Source: Malacoraja senta (taxonomy: Eukaryota). From it: a stretch of DNA of 64,000 bases. How positions within the stretch are numbered: position 1 is the first letter of the stretch; each line of letters opens with the position of its first letter. The DNA lies in contig CM075993.1 of NCBI GenBank assembly GCA_038087875.1, positions 9,488,001 to 9,552,000 of the forward strand, given 5' to 3'. The notes under the pieces are model-generated. The model saw only the letters and a list, made by a program, of their open reading frames with translations. It ran no database searches and had not been told where the DNA came from. Shown here in pieces: positions 52,912 through 64,000 of this stretch. A program made the position numbers and the translations under genes.

Positions 52912-53622
52912 CACCGGGTGGCCGTGATGGCAGCCTCGCCAACAGTCTGTCTGGCCTTTTGTCTCTTTTTTGTTATTTTTAGTGTGTTTTAAAAGTTTGT
53001 GTTAATGTTCTCTGGTTTGTTTTAAATGGGGGGTGGGGCCAACTTTAAAAAAAATATCTTACCTTGCGACTGTTTTCTGGGTCGCTCTGCATCCTAACAT
53101 CGTGGAGCTGGAGGCCTTGCTCGGGCATGACTTTGAGCCCCACCACGGGGCGTGGACTTACCTTCGGGGCACATCCCTTGCCTGGGATCGATGCTCCAAC
53201 CGCGGCCTGCAGACTTTAAACTCAAGGGCTCGCAGTCTCGGGACAGACTGAGTCGGGAGCTTCATAGTCGCAGAAGGTTTTGACCAGCCCTGACCCGGTG
53301 TCAATCGCCAGCATGGGGGAGCTGACATCCCCCGGATGCAGGAGCTTGATCGCTCCGACACAGAGGGCTCGCCGCCGGCTACTGGAATCAAGATCATCCC
53401 GTCAACGGAAGGCTCGAGGTTCCCGACCGCGGGAGAACAAGAAGGGAAGAGATTGAACTTTTTTTCGCCTTCCATCACAGTGAGGAATGTGGAGGAGTCA
53501 CTGTGGTGGATGTTTATGTTAAAATGTATTTTGTGTATTCTGTTGCTTTTTATTAGTATGACTGTATAGCAAATCAAATTCCTCGTATGTTATAAAACAT
53601 ACTTGGCTAATAAAGTAAGTGT
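52912..53622 (+). mobile_element. GC-rich non-autonomous retroelement family, copy 4
   Basis: ggcagcctcgcc leader as in copy 1. Ends catacttggctaataaagta. Interrupts a duplicated segment. Confidence 0.65.
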
Positions 53623-53699
53623 GAGTATATTAGAATGTAACGTCGTGGGGAGGGATATGGTTGGAAGGGAACGAGGTGAAATATGAGATGTTAGCTAAA

Positions 53700-53965
53700 T
53701 TGCCAGTTGCTAAACACTTTAATTCTCCTTCCCATTCCCACACAGACCTTTCTGTCCTAGGTCTCCTCCATTGTCAGATTGAGACTAAACGCAAATTGGA
53801 GGAACAGCATCTCATATTTTGCTTGGGCAGCTTACAGTCTAGTGGTAAGAGAATTGATTTCTCTAACTTCAAGTAACCCCTGCACTCCCTCTCTCTCCAT
53901 CCCTCCCCCACCCAAATCACACCAGCTTTCATTCTCACCCAGCTACAGCTAACAATGGCCTGTTT
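53700..53965 (+). mobile_element. Penelope-like GIY-YIG C-terminal fragment
   Basis: PVAKHFNSPSHSHTDLSVLGLLHCQ..RKLEEQHLIFCLGSLQ. Confidence 0.8.
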
Positions 53966-54888
53966 TTTGACATGCTGATTTCGAAATTAGTTTTGGTTGA
54001 TGTGGGGATGCCTGACTTTATACATATTGAACATGTGTTGAACCGTACAGTACAAGGTTCTTGAGAGTCATCCTTTGATGCGCAGCCAGCTGTAACAACA
54101 CATGACAAGTCCAAGAGAATTCTCTTTACTAAGATTAAATACAAATAGAGGATCGAATATCATGTTTAAGAAAGAACTGCAGATGCTGGAAAAATTGAAG
54201 GTGCTGGAGAAACTCAGCGGGTGAGGCAGCATCTATGGAACGAAGGAATAGGTGATGTTTCAGGTCGAGTCACTTCTTCATACTATGATAGTGCCTCACC
54301 CGCTGAGTTTCTCCAGCATTTTTGTCCACCATTGAATAGCATGTATTTTTTTTTTAGAAATTCCTGCTTTTAAGAACGTATTGTGATTGATGATAAGGAA
54401 TTAGAAAGTGGACAAAATTTCAATTGGTCAATATCTGTGGAAAGGTAGACATTTCGAGCAGAATTTTAGCGACCCCTTGCGGTGCCTGGGCCATTTTAGT
54501 TACAATCATATTCATTCACACTAACACAGGACCCAACCCACAGACTGGAACCTCGACGCCCGCGGCTCTGGCAGGACCTTGATCCTTAACCAAACCACCC
54601 GGCCTAATTGCTATTCCCTGTCTGACGCCGCAATTGCCCCCCATATCTCTCTCGGCAACGAATGTGATGGCGTACTTCAACTACTCTACCCAGGAAGTCA
54701 TCTGCATTCCAGCGATAGGTTCAGTCATTCTCTTGACCATCTTGGGGGAACTGCCAAGAATCTATTGTCGCCAATCAACTGGACTCTGACAACTTGCATT
54801 CATTTTCCAGACACACTTTATTTACTTGTACACAAGGAGAGCAGCACTCTCCCATTCAATGTACTCAAATTCCAATCAGATCGTGAAA

Positions 54889-55128
54889 AGGTCCTGTCCC
54901 ACTTTCACGATCTAATTCACAACCTCTGCCGAGTTTGCCCTTGAGTTATACTCGCAGCATGGTCGTCACGAGGTTGTAGGTAGGTGGTAGGAGGTCGTAG
55001 CAGGTCGTGATGCTAGTTGTATATGTACTTGTGGCATCAAGTAGGTAGGGGTGTTTTTTCCAACATGATGAAAAATGTCCACGAGTAAAAAAGGTCGTGA
55101 ATTAGGTCGTGAAAGTGGGCCAGGCCCT
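54889..55128. mobile_element. Harbinger/PIF-like MITE (same TIR type)
   Basis: Ends AGGTCCTGTCCCACTTTCACGA / TCGTGAAAGTGGGCCAGGCCCT followed by TAA. Confidence 0.72.
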
Positions 55129-55481
55129 TAACTTTTTATACAGATTTTGACCCTTGGAATTGTGCGCACTTTCTAATTTCTTATCATCAATAACAATACG
55201 TTCTCAAAACATTGATATACAAATGCAATAACACTAATACAAGTAAACCTACATGCTATTTAATCCTTTATTTAATTTTCAATATCAAGAACCATGTAGT
55301 GTGCGTCAATCCTAAAACATTGGGGTACGTCAATGAATACCAATCAGGGACATTGATTTGCGTCAATGAATGACTAAAGGTTGTTGTGCTGCACAGCTAT
55401 CCTAACCTTGGTCATACTGCAGTTTCCACAGAGTGTGACATTCACTTATTCAATGTGTTTCATTCTTCTCCTGTCTTTCAG

Positions 55482-55818
55482 ATGACTGACTCCGATGAAG
55501 CTGCTGTAATCAGACCCTCACTGAGTGAGGCCCAGGTGGTGGAGTTGGTCGGACGGTTGTACGGTCTGAAGGTTTTAAAAGTCAAACCACTGCCCAGTTA
55601 CATGGACCAGAACTTCCACGTCCTGGTGTGCGAGACCCAGGAAGGTGGAGATCACGGGAAGAGCTACGTCCTCAAGGTTCTAAACACTGCCGAGAGCCAA
55701 GAAGCTGATTTGGTGGAAGTACAAACACGAGTCATGATGTTCCTAAACCAGAAAGGTTTTCCTACAAACACACCAATCACAACCATTGATGGCAAGATTA
55801 TGTCCCTGGAGACAATCA
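55482..55818 (+). CDS. HYKK: Hydroxylysine kinase-like (HYKK/AGPHD1), coding exon 1
   Basis: ATG immediately follows a pyrimidine tract and AG (ctgtctttcag|ATG). Translates MTDSDEAAVIRPSLSEAQVVELVGRLYGLKVLKVKPLPSYMDQNFHV...YVLKVLN...FLNQKGFPT, matching the vertebrate HYKK N-terminus as I recall it. Ends at a GTGAGT donor (55819), phase 1. Confidence 0.93.
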
Positions 55819-55985
55819 GTGAGTTTCATTAATTGATTTTTCTGCATTTACAGATGTTTGATAATTGTCCACATTTTCATAATTCTCTGAAAATATTAAA
55901 ACTAATCAGAAACATCTTTTCAGCTTCGGAAGGATAAGACAGAGACAGAGTACATGACAAGAAAACTGTGTTCTCTATTTTGAAG

Positions 55986-56125
55986 GTTATGGTGAAGAAT
56001 ATAAGAACTACATGGTCCGCTTGTTGACCTACCTGCCAGGAACTCAACTACTGGGGATCCCTGCAGACCCACAGATCTTGTACAAAATTGGCCGGACACT
56101 TGGTCAGATTGACAAAGCTCTGACA
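55986..56125 (+). CDS. HYKK: HYKK-like coding exon 2
   Basis: ttctctattttgaag acceptor and gtaagt donor. In frame with exon 1: SYGEEYKNYMVRLLTYLPGTQLLGIPADPQILYKIGRTLGQIDKALT (contains the HYKK VRLLTYLPG motif). Confidence 0.93.
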
Positions 56126-57412
56126 GTAAGTCCATTTATTCTAGTTCCAGCATTCTCTGAATAAGCCGTGTCTGAAACCAGTTTGCTTGTGTTGTTCAAA
56201 TTAAAGCGCCATCTTGTGGTGACAGATCAGAACTACTTTGCACCTTGAAACAATCAGTACCTTTTAAAGGCTTCCTTCTTATTTACACAAAAGGTCACAA
56301 ATTGCTGGAGTCGCCCAGCAGATCAGGCAGCGTCTTTAGAGAAGATGGAAACGTGATGTTTCGGATCAAGACCCTTCTTCAGACTGATTATGGGGAGGGG
56401 GGGGAGAAGATAGCTGGAAAAGGGGAGAGACGAGACTAAATGTGGCAGGTAATAGGTGGACACAGGAATAGTTGGGAGTTCAGGTGGGCACTGAGGAGAG
56501 ACGGGGCGGGGAATATTTAGGGTATTTGGGTATTGCAAAGAGATATAAAACAGGAAATGCTGAAAAGCTCAGCTGGTTAGACAGTATCTCCAGAAAAGGA
56601 AACAGAGTTTAACATTTCAGGTCAACGACCTAGTGTCAGACAGTCTTTGTCTAATAATTGAAATTGATAGAGTTTTGAACATTTTAGTATTTTCCTATAT
56701 TTTGTTTGAAAGATATATGTAAATTGTTCAATTAACCCCACATTGCTTTGGTACCAGCTGGGTGGGACATTTCATTGTGTAGGAATGGTTGGCATTCAGG
56801 TTGATAGGTCTGAAGAATGGTCATGACCTGAAACGTCACACATTCCTTCTCTCCAGAGATGCTGCTGTCCCGCTGAGTTACTCCAGCATTTTGTGTCTAT
56901 CTTCAGTGTAAACCAGCATCTGCAGTTCCTTCCTACAAATTTAATTGTTAAACTTTTATAGTCCACCACAAGCTTTTGCCTTACAATAGGATGCCACAGT
57001 AGATGTAGAAACCTAATAAATAGACAATAGACAATAGGTGCAGGAGTAGGCCATTCAGCCCTTCGAGCCAGCACCGCCATTCAATGTGATCATGGCTGAT
57101 CAATGTTGGGCCTTTGGGAGAAAGGACTAGCCAGAGGCTTTGTACATTGAGTTGTGAACATTTGTATTGAACTTCTGGTTGTGTACAATGAGTTAACCTC
57201 ACATTTCCCATTATCTAAAGTGCATTAGTCTGTTCATCTTAATCCACTTTAAAGATCTATCCTCTAAACATGACTAACTTTGTCAGTATCTGACCCTGGA
57301 TTCATTGGTGTTAAGTTTTAATAGAAAGACAGAATTTCTTGACAATTCTCTTGATGTTACCTCAAAGCTGCACTGGTGATGGTTGAGCGTGACGGACTTG
57401 TCCAATTATTAG

Positions 57413-57596
57413 GAATTCAAGCACCCCAACATTAAGAGTCTGCAGCGAGATTCTTACATCTGGAACCTTTCAAACACTCACCAGCTGCACAAGTACCTAT
57501 TCGCAGTGAAGAACACCAGCGATCGCCAAATTGTGGAGGAAATTATTCAGCAATTTATGAAGAAGATACTTCCAAATATCAACAACTTTCATAAAA
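57413..57596 (+). CDS. HYKK: HYKK-like coding exon 3
   Basis: attag acceptor and gtaggt donor. Translates EFKHPNIKSLQRDSYIWNLSNTHQLHKYLFAVKNTSDRQIVEEIIQQFMKKILPNINNFHK, colinear with the HYKK FHHP..SL.R..FIWNL segment. Confidence 0.92.
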
Positions 57597-57949
57597 GTAG
57601 GTGCCTATCTTTCTTGATCATGAGGGTAACAGAATGACATTTCAGATCAGATGGAGAGTTGGAACAATGAGAGGGATTAGTGGGCCATGGTACTCCCGCT
57701 TCACCTTCTGACACATGGTGCACAATGGAATGGAATATTGGCTGTGGTGCTTGTAGAGCTAGCTGGTCTGTTCCCACCCATTTCAATCAACAATCAATAC
57801 CATTACTATTATTTTCAATCATAACAGATCCCACTTCAAGATATAAGAAGGCAAAGGGAACTTTCCACAGTTGGACCTTGCTTATTGATTGATGTGTATT
57901 TTAATCACAGTTGGGGTATGGTGGTGGCACAGCAGTTAAATTGCCAAAC

Positions 57950-60030
57950 AAGTGATCCAGAGAATGGAGCCGTCTAACTCCCCATTTACTGTCCTCGCTC
58001 AACTGATGAATCAGTGCTCCTTCATGTTGAACAACACTTGGAGAAGCACAGAAAATAACAAGGGCACAGGATGTGTTCTGGGTGAGGGCCTCAATGTCCA
58101 TGACCAGGGCCGGATTTACGAATAAGCTTCACGTTTAAGCTTAGGGCCTCGAGATCTAGGGGGGCCTCGGCAGGGCCTGGTTTACCAATAGGTTTCATAG
58201 GCTGAAGCTTAGGGCCTCAAAATCTAGGGGGCTTCCGGTCAAGGTGTTTTTTTCCCGGAGTAAAAAAAATCCTGAGAAAAAAAATATTGGAGTGCTATCA
58301 GCATTTCCACTTTGATGGAAATTACCTGAAATTCTGAATCTGGCCCACTGAAGTTTTGGGGGGGGGGGAAATTGCGACCATCCAAGCGACACAAAATGAC
58401 GCTGTCTCTCCGCGCGTGCGCAGTGGGCCCGGGCGGGTTCAGATGTCCATTTGCACTCCGCACAATCACCTCGATGCCTCGCGTCTACCAAAGATCCTAG
58501 TTGTCTACTCTAGGTAGGTAGTGGAATATTTCTCTGGGCCGGGGGGGGGGGGGGGCTGCAGTGTCTGCGGCGCGGAGTCGGAGCCTTGCTGTGTGGGAGG
58601 GAGAGAGAGGGGGAGGGAGAGAGGGGGGGAATGTGAGAGGGGGTAAGGGGGGGTTGAGACAGAGGGGGGAGAGAGGGAGGGGAGGAGAGAGAGATGGGGA
58701 GGGAGAGAGAGGTGGAGGGAGAGGGAGGGGGAAGGAGGTGGGGGGAGAGGGAAAGGGGGATTATCTTTCGTGAGATTGCAAAATTAAGGTAGGTTTTCGA
58801 GCAATTATATTTTCTCCTCCATATGAATAATATCAAACAATTGGAACTGCTTTCTTTTCCTTGATAACAATACTGAAAAATATGTATACCATAGTTTGCG
58901 ATTTTCATTTTGCATCATTTTTAATGTGCACACACTAACACAGTCGAACAGTAACAGGCAATCAAATTAACACACAAAACATTTTCTAAAAAAAGGGTTT
59001 ATTTACTGCAAAAACTTACAGTATTTTATTTGCAGTGTTTGCATGCTCCTTTAAAACACTTTACATAACATTTTACAGTGCAACTTGATTATTAAAACAA
59101 AGACCGTTTCAATTCTTGATTTAAAAAAAATGTATACAACAATGATCCCAGTCATCCCATTCCAACCACTCATTACTCTCGACTCAACCAAAATTATTTC
59201 TGAAATATTGGTCATACATTTGGTGCAAAAATGCTCCAAAATAAGGCTCTGCATGCACCAGAGAGCATCTAAAACCCCGGCCGCAAGGGTCTTTGAACTT
59301 TGCGTTTGTGATATGTACTGCATGCACTTATTTCACATAAATATTTTGTAATCCTGCCATGCCACCCCCATTTTTGAAAAGGTTCGTACGGGCGTGGTGT
59401 ATAATATTTTTGACACTGTCATGGGCCTTTCTTACATATGCTGTCACAATGCACTGTAGTCTCTAAACAACACCAGTAATTTTCCTTGCCCTCCATTTCA
59501 GAATAATAGTGTTTTAAGCCGATAACTTGACACTAGCACTGGCAATAAATAAAAAGCGCAGCTTTCCAGCCCTTATCTCATTGGCCACGCTCGGCTGCAC
59601 ATCGGTGTCAATCTGGTGGACTCTTCCATCTTCCTCTCATCATGGCGGTGGGGGACTGGGAGGGGCCTCACAAGTGGAATAGCCTAGGGCCTCTCTTCAT
59701 CTAAATCCGGTCCTGTCCATGACTAAGAGTGGCTTGACAGCATCATCATTGATGGAGCTGGTTGAACCCTGAAGCACATTGCTGCCAGATTAAGTCTGTG
59801 GTAAGTGGTGAGTGAACCAAACTACCGTTGGATGATCTCATTCTCACTAATCTACCTCTGGTACCATTGGTAGAAGTGATAAATGCCCCTTCCCTGTGGT
59901 GACTCCTGCCTTCACACTGAGACCACCCTCGATGGTATAGTCATAGAACAGTTCAGGCAGCTCAAAACTGAACATCCACGAGGCACTGTGAACCATGAGC
60001 AGTAGCAGCGATGTGGCACCATCATCGTCA
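57950..60030 (+). mobile_element. Ancient CR1-like endonuclease-region relic split by the hAT element
   Basis: Decayed VLWV..NVH / DLILTNL / IGRSD motifs continue across the hAT TSD. Confidence 0.55.
58105..59715. mobile_element. Non-autonomous hAT DNA transposon in HYKK intron 3
   Basis: TIRs CAGGGCCGGATTTA / TAAATCCGGTCCTG, perfect 8-bp TSD TCCATGAC (58097-58104 / 59716-59723), subterminal TAGGGCCTC repeats. No transposase ORF. Confidence 0.9.
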
Positions 60031-60174
60031 GTCTGAAAAAGGGTCTCGACCCGAAACGTCACTCATTCCTTCTCTCCAGAGATGCTGCCTGTCCCGCTGA
60101 GTTACTCCAACATTTTGTGCCTATACTTTGTAACCTCATGGTCTGGCGTATTCCTCACTCTATCATTAAAATCA

Positions 60175-61774
60175 CCTGGTCACCCAACGCAACCCATTCC
60201 CCAACACAATATTCCACCACTCACCCCTTCCCCCAACACAACCTGTTCCCCCAACGCAATATTCCACCACTCACCCATAGCCCCTAACTGCGCAGGCGCG
60301 GCTCATTTCCCCTCATCCCCGAGCACTCCCATCCCCTCCTCTTCATGTGTGGGAGGGGTGGAGGGAAGTGTGTTGTGTGGCAGGGGGATGTGTGGCACGA
60401 GGGGAGGGTGTGTGTGTGTGGGCGGGGAGGTATAGGAATGGTAGAGAGGGTGGTGTGGGGTAAGGCTGTGTGGGCAGAGGGAGGGGTGTGTGGGTGGGGG
60501 GAGGGGTGTGTGGGGGCGGGGGGGTGTTGTTGGGGCAGGAGGAATTGTGACGGGGAGGGGTGTGAGGGCAGGGGCATGTGGGGGGAGGGGTGTGAGGGCA
60601 GGGGGTTGTGGGGGGGAGGGGTGTGGGGGAGGGGGTTTGTGGGGGAAGGGGGTTGTGGTGGGGAGGGGTATGGGAGCGGGGGTTTGTGGGGGAAGGGGGT
60701 TTGTGGGGGAGGAGGGGTTGTGGGGTGGGGGGGTTGGGGCGAGAGGGGTGTGTGGGCAGAAGGGGTTGTGGGGGGGGGTGGGGTGTGGGAGGGGAGGTGT
60801 GGAAGGTGGGGGGGTGGGAAGGTGGGTGGTGTGAAGGAGGAGGGTGTATGGGTGGGGGTGGGTTGGTGGGGACGTGCGGGGGAGGGGTGTGGGCGGGGGC
60901 TTGTGTGGGGGATAGGTGTGTGGGGGATAGGTCTGCGGGGGGTGTTGTGTGAGGAGGGGGAGTGTGTGCGAGTAGGGGATTGTGGGGGGGATTGTGGGAG
61001 GGAGGGGTTTGTGTGGGGGGAGGGGTTTGTGTGGGCGGGGGGGTTGTGGGGAGGGGGATGTGTGGGCAGGGGGTTGTGGGGGGAGGAGTGTGTGTGAGCG
61101 GGGGGTTGTGGTGGGAGGGGTGTGTGTGGGCTGGGGGGAAGGTGGGGAGAGAGCTCGGAGAAAAGACGGGGAAGAGCCATGGCGGAGAGGGGGTATCACG
61201 GGGGAGGGGGGCAGGAGCCAGCGAGGGGAACCAGAGGGGTAGGGGCTGGAGCTGGCGATGCAATGGGGACTCACAGCGGGTACTGGGTGCTGGTCGCTGG
61301 TCGTTCTCCTCCGCCGGGATCAGAGTCTCCGTTTTCCGTTTGGCGACATTGGCAACATCGTCGACTCCTCGCCGGCCGGGCTGGGCTGGGCCGGGCCATT
61401 ATCAGTCCTTCCGAAATTGCGCCCAGTTGGAGACCTCTGCTGGTGATCCAGTGCGTCCCTCAGCTCCACTAAAGACGCGATGGCGCAGGAAGGGGCGGAC
61501 CTTCCCCGGGAGTGACAGGAGAAGAGACTAATCCACGCAGCGCTGACTGGCAGGAGAGGAGATCGATCTGTGCATGCGAGAGTTTTAAAGATTTATAAAC
61601 CTCACTAACTTTTACATTATGCCAGTGATCGGAACGAAACGGTACACTCGCAGCACTGGAGAACGGTGAGTGAGTTGGCGAAAAATCATAGCACGATCGT
61701 GTATCTTTTTTGCGCAAATAGAAAGACTGTGCAAACCGGAAGATAACAAGATTAGAATTTTAGTTGTGTATAGA
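60175..61774 (-). mobile_element. Non-autonomous Helitron of the same family, 3' terminus missing, in HYKK intron 3
   Basis: 5' A|TCTATAC end. About 200 bp homologous to 11040-11236. Shares the caatattccaccactcac subterminal repeats with 10510-10610. Long G-rich tract and different internal sequence. Confidence 0.8.
60350..61212 (+). repeat. G-rich low-complexity tract (GGGGTGTGTGGG-like) inside the Helitron
   Basis: Dense G-runs. Similar tracts at 10610-10786 and 58596-58760. Confidence 0.9.
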
Positions 61775-61808
61775 TGGTAAAATGTTGCAACATTTGTATG
61801 TCCAACAG

Positions 61809-62284
61809 GCATTATTCACGGGGACTTCACTCACACCAACATTCTTGTGCAGCCTCTTCATTCATCAGCTGATTGCTCCAATGCAGCAGGTCACATGCAG
61901 CAGGAGCTGGAGATTTCTGGCATCCTGGACTTTGGCGACATGGCTTGTGGTTACCATGTGTATGACTTGGCCATCTGCATAATGTATCTCACGCTGGACA
62001 GCGAAGACCCCCTGCATGTTGGAGGCCATATTCTCGCAGGTTTTGAGAGTGTGATCCCTTTAACTCTCCAGGAAAGAGATGCCTTGTATTTGCTGGTTCT
62101 TTGCAGGTTTTCCCAGGCGCTGGTTTTCGGGACATATAATATTCTGCGTTACCCAGACAATGAAGAGTACCTACAGATCACAACAAGAACTGGCTGGAAG
62201 CATTTGCACCAACTCTGGGAGCTAGGAAAAGAAGCAGTGGAGAAGATTTGGTTTGAGACGGCCAAGTCCTACCTCACTCTGTGA
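61809..62284 (+). CDS. HYKK: HYKK-like coding exon 4 (catalytic HGD..N and DFGD motifs, stop codon)
   Basis: caacag acceptor. Translates SIIHGDFTHTNILVQ...ISGILDFGDMACGYHVYDLAICIMY...VGGHILAGFESVIPLT...TGWKHL...KEAVEKIWFETAKSYLTL*. The four exons sum to 1137 nt (378 aa + stop) with no frame break. Possible ATTAAA polyA signal at ~62352. Confidence 0.95.
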
Positions 62285-63294
62285 AACCTCCATTGGTTCT
62301 CAGTGCCGGAGTATCAATGCCTTTCCCACAATATCTATATTTGAAAGAAAGATTAAAAGATATTCGAGCAATATTCCGACCATCTGAAATTATATCCAGA
62401 TGGATTTTAAGCCATTTTTCACTGGCATCCTTTAGTTTAGTTTGGTTTAGTTTAGTTTAGTTTAGTTTATTGTCACCTATGCTGAGGTACAAATAGGTAG
62501 ATGGTTGTTCAGCACTGCTCTCTGGTTTATGTTTTTCACTGTCCACCTTTCTGTCACTTTTCCCACTGTAACTGAATCAACAGTCCAAGTGTGAACCTCT
62601 CTACAATCACTGAGTCCCCAGTCCAGAGCTTCCCCTGCGTGGACCTGAAACGGTGCAGTCAACCATCATGAGATGTGATGCCTGGTAAATAGTCTCACTA
62701 TCCTCTGTCTGATTGTCCTGCACATACTGGAACCCAAATCTTGGAACTAATCTCCAAACCCCATACCATTCCTGATTACATAGTGGGTAATTTTCTGTCA
62801 GGTTTGTGTTTGTAAATGATCTACAATCTGTACATGAATGGGATTGAAATTGCACCAAAACTCCTCCACATGTTGATTTACACTGTTATTTACATTGTCA
62901 ATAGCTGAATTATCTCCCAAGGACTGTTGTGAAATGCTCTTTGAAGACCAGTTCACATACGATGTACATATTGCAAAGCAGTTTGGAGAATTTCTTCTTA
63001 ATTGCCGTTTGGCCACGTTTTTCCTTCCTCGTGTAATGCCAGAGTTCATTCATCTCCTTCCACTTCAACTCCATGCAGGCACTTTTGTCATGCACTATCC
63101 TTTGCCAGTCTCTTCCAACAACCCCCATCATCACTTCCATTGTTTACTTCTTGCTGTCTTCCATCCTTCCCGACTTGCTCTGCAATCTAAAACTTATTCC
63201 AACTTCACTTTTTCAATTTCTATCGAAAGATCACCAATTTGAAATGTTAACTCTTCTTCCCTCTCCACATTTGGTGAGAATTAGTCATAGAGTC

Positions 63295-63845
63295 ATTGTG
63301 TACAGTTTTGGTCTCCTAATTTGAGGAAGGACATCCTTGTGATTGAGGCAGTGCAGCGTGGATTCAAGAGATTGATCCCTGGGATGGCGGGACTGTCATA
63401 TGAGGAAAGATTGAAAAGACTAGGCTTGTATTCACTGGAGTTTAGAAGGATGAGGGGATCTTATAGAAACATATAAAATTATAAAAGGACTGGACAAGCT
63501 AGATGCAGGAAAAAATGTTCCCAATGTTGGGCGAGTCCAGAACCAGGGGCCACAGTCTTAGAATAAATGGGAGGCCATTTAAGACTGAGGTGAGAAAAAA
63601 ACGTTTTCACCCAGAGAGTTGTGAATTTTTGGAATTCCCTGCCACAGAGGGCAGTAGAGGCCAAATCACTGGATGGATTTAAGAGAGAGTTAGATACAGC
63701 TCTAGGGGCTGGTGGAATCAAGGGATATGGGGAGAAGGCAGGCATGGGTTAATGATTGGGGACAATCAGCCAGGATCACAATGAATGGCGGTGCTGGCTC
63801 GAAGAGCTGAATGGCCTCCTCCTGCATCTATTTTCTATGTTTCTA
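63295..63845 (+). mobile_element. CR1 3' fragment (followed by a minus-strand CR1 tail to the window end)
   Basis: CVQFWSPNLRKD..LGLYSLEFRRMRG motif and 3'UTR. Confidence 0.85.
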
Positions 63846-64000
63846 GAGTGATACAGTGTGGAAACAAGCCCTTCACTTGCCCACATGGGCCAACATGTTC
63901 CAGCTATACTAGTCCCACCTGCCTGCGTTTGGTTCATATCCCTCCAAACTTGTTCTGTTTCTTAAACATTGTGACAGTCCCAGCCTCAACTACCTCCTCT

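Noticed and set aside
54540..54725. Possible HYKK promoter/non-coding first exon (few CpGs, X-box-like CTCGGCAAC)
   Set aside because: Signals are too weak to call without transcript data.
55386..55481. N-terminal extension of the 148-aa ORF
   Set aside because: Starts at a non-ATG codon and runs through the pyrimidine tract/acceptor. HYKK homology begins at ATG 55482.
60284..61274. Long Pro/His-rich and Gly-rich ORFs (250-323 aa) in several frames
   Set aside because: Artefact of a G-rich low-complexity tract lacking stop codons inside a Helitron. The same applies to 10444-11105, 5663-6067 and 58510-58908.

Overview
Eukaryotic, repeat-dense genomic DNA. The repeat complement (HE1/V-SINEs, CR1/HER1-type LINEs, Penelope fragments, Deu-domain SINE relics) points to a cartilaginous fish, probably a skate or ray (inference). 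The only host protein-coding gene I can support is a hydroxylysine kinase (HYKK/AGPHD1)-like gene on the + strand. It has four coding exons (55482-55818, 55986-56125, 57413-57596, 61809-62284), giving 378 aa, with atypical residues in two conserved motifs. The rest is nested mobile DNA: CR1, L1, RTE, Rex/Babar and Nimb/I-group LINE pieces, two Gypsy-type LTR relics, hAT and Harbinger-like non-autonomous DNA elements, and non-autonomous Helitrons. Four observations stand out. (1) Two TSD-flanked ~145-bp retroelements whose first 54 nt fold into a complete minimal HDV-like ribozyme, with the predicted cleavage site at the insertion junction. (2) A Helitron family with shared ends but different CpG-rich, promoter/first-exon-like cargo; one copy lies in a ~580-bp inverted duplication. 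(3) Minimal hammerhead motifs in Penelope-derived repeats. (4) A GC-rich non-autonomous retroelement family carrying interchangeable 3' tails. All calls were made by eye, and boundaries of old repeats are approximate.
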